NCBI RefSeq assembly: GCF_009914755.1
Contig: NC_060926.1
Strand: one strand, 5' to 3'
DNA length: 64,000 bases
Source of the DNA: the human T2T-CHM13v2.0 reference genome, Homo sapiens
Shown here: piece by piece, positions 59,975 to 64,000 of the stretch
Position numbering within the stretch: the stretch's first letter is position 1
Layout of the letters: every line of letters starts with the position of its first letter
Notes under the pieces: generated by a model
Told to the model about the DNA's origin: nothing
Seen by the model: the letters and a program-made list of their open reading frames with translations, nothing else
Databases searched by the model: none
Position numbers and translations under genes: made by a program

Positions 59975-60519
59975 TATTTTTTCTTTCTTTTGTGTGTGTG
60001 TGTGTGTGTGTGTGTGCCAAAGATTTACTTGTTCATTTCTTGCATTTGAAGTACTCTTCAATGACATCCTTGGCCTGAGACTCCTTGCCATAGTTCGTAA
60101 CTACTATACAACTTCAACCAACCACTTTACACGGTTTCCCCTCTCTGTCAGTTTTACAGAGGCCTACCGATTCCCCTAGTTTCTGGTCATCAACCTTAAT
60201 TAGGTTGATTTGGTGTTCAGCACAAAGGGCCTCCACCAACTTGACATACATAGGCTCATCACAGTTGGATGCAAGCACACACAGCACACAAAGATGGGCT
60301 TGGCACTTGTCTGAGGCTTTGGCAGCTTTGCAAATTTCATATGCTAGGCCATCATGGATGAGGGCGGTCTTCAGCACCTCCTGTAAAACAGTATTAATGT
60401 CCATTACACCTCCAGCAGCACTGCCTTCCTCGGCCATGGCAGTGGGTTACGAGTGAAGCCGGATCTTGAATGCACCCGAGACTCCGCCTCTATACAATTC
60501 AGTGGCAGCAGGGAAAGAG
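59975..60519 (-). pseudogene. RPS12P3: Full-length processed pseudogene of ribosomal protein S12
   Basis: ORF 60114-60437 [32 protein letters not shown]... with premature TGA after KVVG; duplicated CVL; parental stop at 60033-60035; 5'TOP CTCTTTCCC at 60511-60519. The symbol is from recall. Confidence 0.95.
59991..60016. repeat. (TG)13 microsatellite
   Basis: Direct reading. Confidence 0.97.
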
Positions 60520-61815
60520 CAGGAGCCAGATTTCTTATAGTCAGAGAATTACAAATTTGGAAAGGGTGAAAACTAGAATAAGGTTGGAATTGGAAGTACT
60601 GGTATAAACTCCTACAGCTTTCGGTATGTGTAGATACAGAGATGTATAGGTGTGTGTGTATGAGTGGGGTGTGTGTGTGTGTGCATGCACATGCATTCAT
60701 GTTTGTTCCCTAGCTCTGTTCCATGAGAGGGCTTGGGAACAGCAATGGCACCAAACAATGAGCATACCTACTGCCCAGATCTTGGTTTCTAAATACCATT
60801 TTCTGCTAAAAGAGACCAGATCTTAGAGAAAAAGCACCTTGCAGAGTTAGTGCAGAGGAAATACAAAGATGAGCATGGAATGTCTTTTTGTATTAGAAAG
60901 TAAGAACATGCTCCAAGAATGATGGGGACATACCAAAGGACACAGAAGCCAGCTTGAAGGGGTCGCCACTGGCCAAACGAACAAATTACAACTTCTCAAA
61001 TAAAATAAGCCACAAGTCCACATGATATAAATCAATGAATAAATTGGAGAGAAGGGAAAGCTCTACCTTTTAGGGTAATGCCAACCAACAAATGTAAAAG
61101 GAATGATGGAATTAGAAAATCTGTATTTGGCAATCATTGTGGTACTGATTGATTCAGGTGAACATCTTCAATGGATGCTAAAACTAGTGAGTGAAAGTTG
61201 GATGATCTCTCTACAAGATACTTATTAACTACAAGGGGCAAAAAGAATAACCATAAAAGTGGAGAAGCCTCGTGATAATACCTAATCAATTGACCAAAGC
61301 CCCAGCCAGCAACTGGACAAATCAAAACTGTGTGACACCTGATAAGATGCAAGAAGACAATCTCTCTTTTGTGGTGTTCTTGCCAAAAAGGTACAATCTG
61401 AATCTAATAAAAAGGAAACATCAGGCAAACCCAAATTGAGGAACAGTCTACAAAATAACTGACCTGAAGTGTTCAAAAATGTTAAAGTAATTAAAGTCAA
61501 GAAAGACAAACTTCTTTTAAGAGTGGTGGAGACTAAAGAGACGTAACAAAATGCAATGTGAGCACTTGACTATGAAGGACACTGATGGGACAACTGGCAA
61601 CTTGAACGGGGTCTGTGGGTTAGATGGTAATATACCAGTGTTAATTTCCTGGTTTTGATCACTGTGTTGTGGTTAAGTAAAAGAATGTCCTTGTTTGTAG
61701 AAATTACACACTGAAGCCTTTAAGATCATGAGGCAGCACTGGCTCCATGGTTCAGGGAAAAAGGTTCTTTGTACTTTAACTTTTCCTGTAAGTTTGGAAT
61801 TATTTCAAAATTTAA
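60520..61815 (+). mobile_element. Old L1M (L1MC/MD-like) 3'-end remnant
   Basis: CCCAGATCTTGGTTTCTAAATACC, CATCAGGCAAACCCAAATTGAGG, AATGTCCTTGTTTGTAGAAA motifs. Confidence 0.7.
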
Positions 61816-64000
61816 AAATTCAAAATAGAATCATAAAAGTAATATTTTTCATAATAAACAAGGGTAGCCTTTGTTAAAAAATCAGAAAAGCTGATATCAA
61901 AGTTCATTCTCTTACGTGGACTTAAAAATCAAAGAATAATTAGCTCCAAAAGAAAAGATTTGCCAAGTAAGATGTTTTTCTCTTACAAAATGGAAATTTA
62001 ACTTCTAAATTTACTTCACATAACTTGCAAATGTAACCGGTTTTCTTACTTGGACATTTTTCATTTTACCAACTTTATTTTCTTTTGACTTTTCCAGGTA
62101 TTCAGAGTTGATGTTTTTCCTAAAATAAACCACAGACTATATTTGGGACTATATAAGAGATACTAAGAAGTACAAAGGGCTCTTTCTCTTAAGTGTTATG
62201 AAAAAGACTTTGAATTTAAATAAAGCTTACAAAGAAATCATAAAACTAATTTTAAAATGCTTTTATGTAGGCAAAAGGGAAACTATAGTACTCTCACTAC
62301 TTAATATTTCCAGTTCTGCCTAAAACAAAGACATACATTAATTTTTAACAATCTTTGTCTCAAAATTCTAGGAACATTTGGAAGAAGTATTTAAAGCTAA
62401 TGCTTACTCTTTGCGTGAAATTTTATATAATCTCAGGAATAGAAATTTAAGAAATAGAAGTCTTCTCATTTCAGTTTGCTAAGCACATTCTTCATTCTTA
62501 CATATTACAGGTCCACTAGATTCAAAGGTAAGCCAAAAATACCATGCAAAAGACTGCCTCCTAAATTATTTAAATCTCTTTTGTAGCAAAATTTTCCCAG
62601 AAACTGAGGAACATCCACACAGAAATTCTTACCTTTTTATCAAAAGTTTGTTATCCTTTTCTCATTTTCTGGGCCTTTCAATGCATTGGCATTGACAATA
62701 GTGAAAAAATTATTTGCTGTTATTTGCATATCAAACACATGGTTTCAACGTGGTATGAAACTATGTTGGTTCCAACGTGGCTGACTCCTTTGTGTCCATT
62801 AAAACCATTTTCCTCATATCTAAAGTGAATCTTGGTATCTGTGATTTATGTTTAATATAGAGATGGGAAATGGTTAGTAATCTAATACTAGTCAAGTCAC
62901 ATGTATTCTTAAAAAAAGCTCAAATAGTTGAATTAGGGTGATGGAAATTATACTCAAATCTGAAATTGTAATGAGGCTCCTTTCTGAAACTTAAATGACC
63001 CATTCATTTTTTTTAGGTTTAGCTTAATGTTTTTCCTCTTCATAATACCAACTGAGGTTTAACTTAATAACAAATGGTAACTATATAAGATTGTATTAAA
63101 TAGTCTTGGGCTATTTTTTGGTAAGCTCTTTGATTTGGTAACTACATTCCAAAAGTTAATTATCAGTTACATGAGTTTAAATGGCATCCATAGCTGCCCC
63201 TTCACACAAACAGGTGCTCAGTAATAGGGCTTATTAGAAAGACCCTAGAAACCAAGAAACTTCAGTTCTAGTCCTCAATATAGAAGTAGCTAACAATTTT
63301 GGATAAGTCATTTAACTTCTAGTCTTTGGTTTCCATATTTATAAAATGGAGACAATATCCTATCTACTTTAATAAGGTATTATTAAAATGTTTATAATTG
63401 GATAATATATTGAAGCATTCTGAAATAATACCAGTTCGTCTTTGTTTAGCAATCTCAATTTTTCAAATTCTTAACCCTGGGATTGAAGTTATTAAAGGCA
63501 CTTGTTTCTCCTTATTTAAAAGATTTATGAAAGGCTCCTACCATGGCATGCCTTGGCTCCTACGGTTTTACTTTCCCTCCACAGGAAACCTATATTGACA
63601 ATTTTAGATTGTCAAAATTCTTTCTTAATGAAAGTATTAATGAGAATTATTTCATTATTCATAGTTTGGTTAAGATTTATGACAAATCACAGCCAAAAGA
63701 ACTTCATTGGTAATAGCTTGTTTGAGGCTTCCTGGGGAAAATAATGATGTCAGATTTGCATTTGCAATCTTAGACTATTATAGGATATTATGCTGCATAA
63801 ATCTAGATATAACTTTTATTCAGATAATTTACAAAAATTAGAACATGATTTTAAAGGTGGTATATCTCTTGTGGAGGGAAATCTTGCTGAAATTACAGCT
63901 TCTTAGGTTAACAGAGAATGTGTCCTGTTTGTGCACCTCTCTAAATGAAAGAATTAAGGAGAATTATTTCATTATCATAGTTTGGTTTGTGGGGGTGAAA

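Noticed and set aside
61820-64000. 3'UTR of the convergent neighbour PUS10
   Set aside because: Plausible from recalled gene order and repeat-poor AT-rich sequence, but no coding exon lies in the window to support it

Overview
Primate (matching human) genomic DNA containing the whole REL (c-Rel, NF-kB family) gene on the + strand. It has a CpG-island promoter (~2780-3790) with kB, octamer, ETS and CRE-like motifs, 10 constitutive coding exons that splice to a 587-aa ORF, and a 96-nt Alu-derived cassette exon giving 619 aa. The ~9-kb 3'UTR contains Alu, L2 and a young L1PA fragment that splits an Alu. The introns are Alu-dense and also hold L1, THE1 and MER elements and a U4 snRNA retrocopy with target-site duplications. 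Downstream, on the - strand, lie an old L1, a 5'-truncated NONO processed pseudogene (carrying a 71-bp insertion with a perfect 17-bp TSD) and a full-length RPS12 processed pseudogene. Most ORF-track entries are repeat-derived noise. No novel protein-coding system is evident. The most interesting unexplained signals are: a perfect 25-bp hairpin in intron 1; a kB+octamer cluster in intron 3; an isoform-specific duplex between the Alu exon and the 3'UTR Alu; a stop-free exon 2-4 circle; and the stacked retrocopies. Repeat boundaries and subfamily calls are by eye and approximate.
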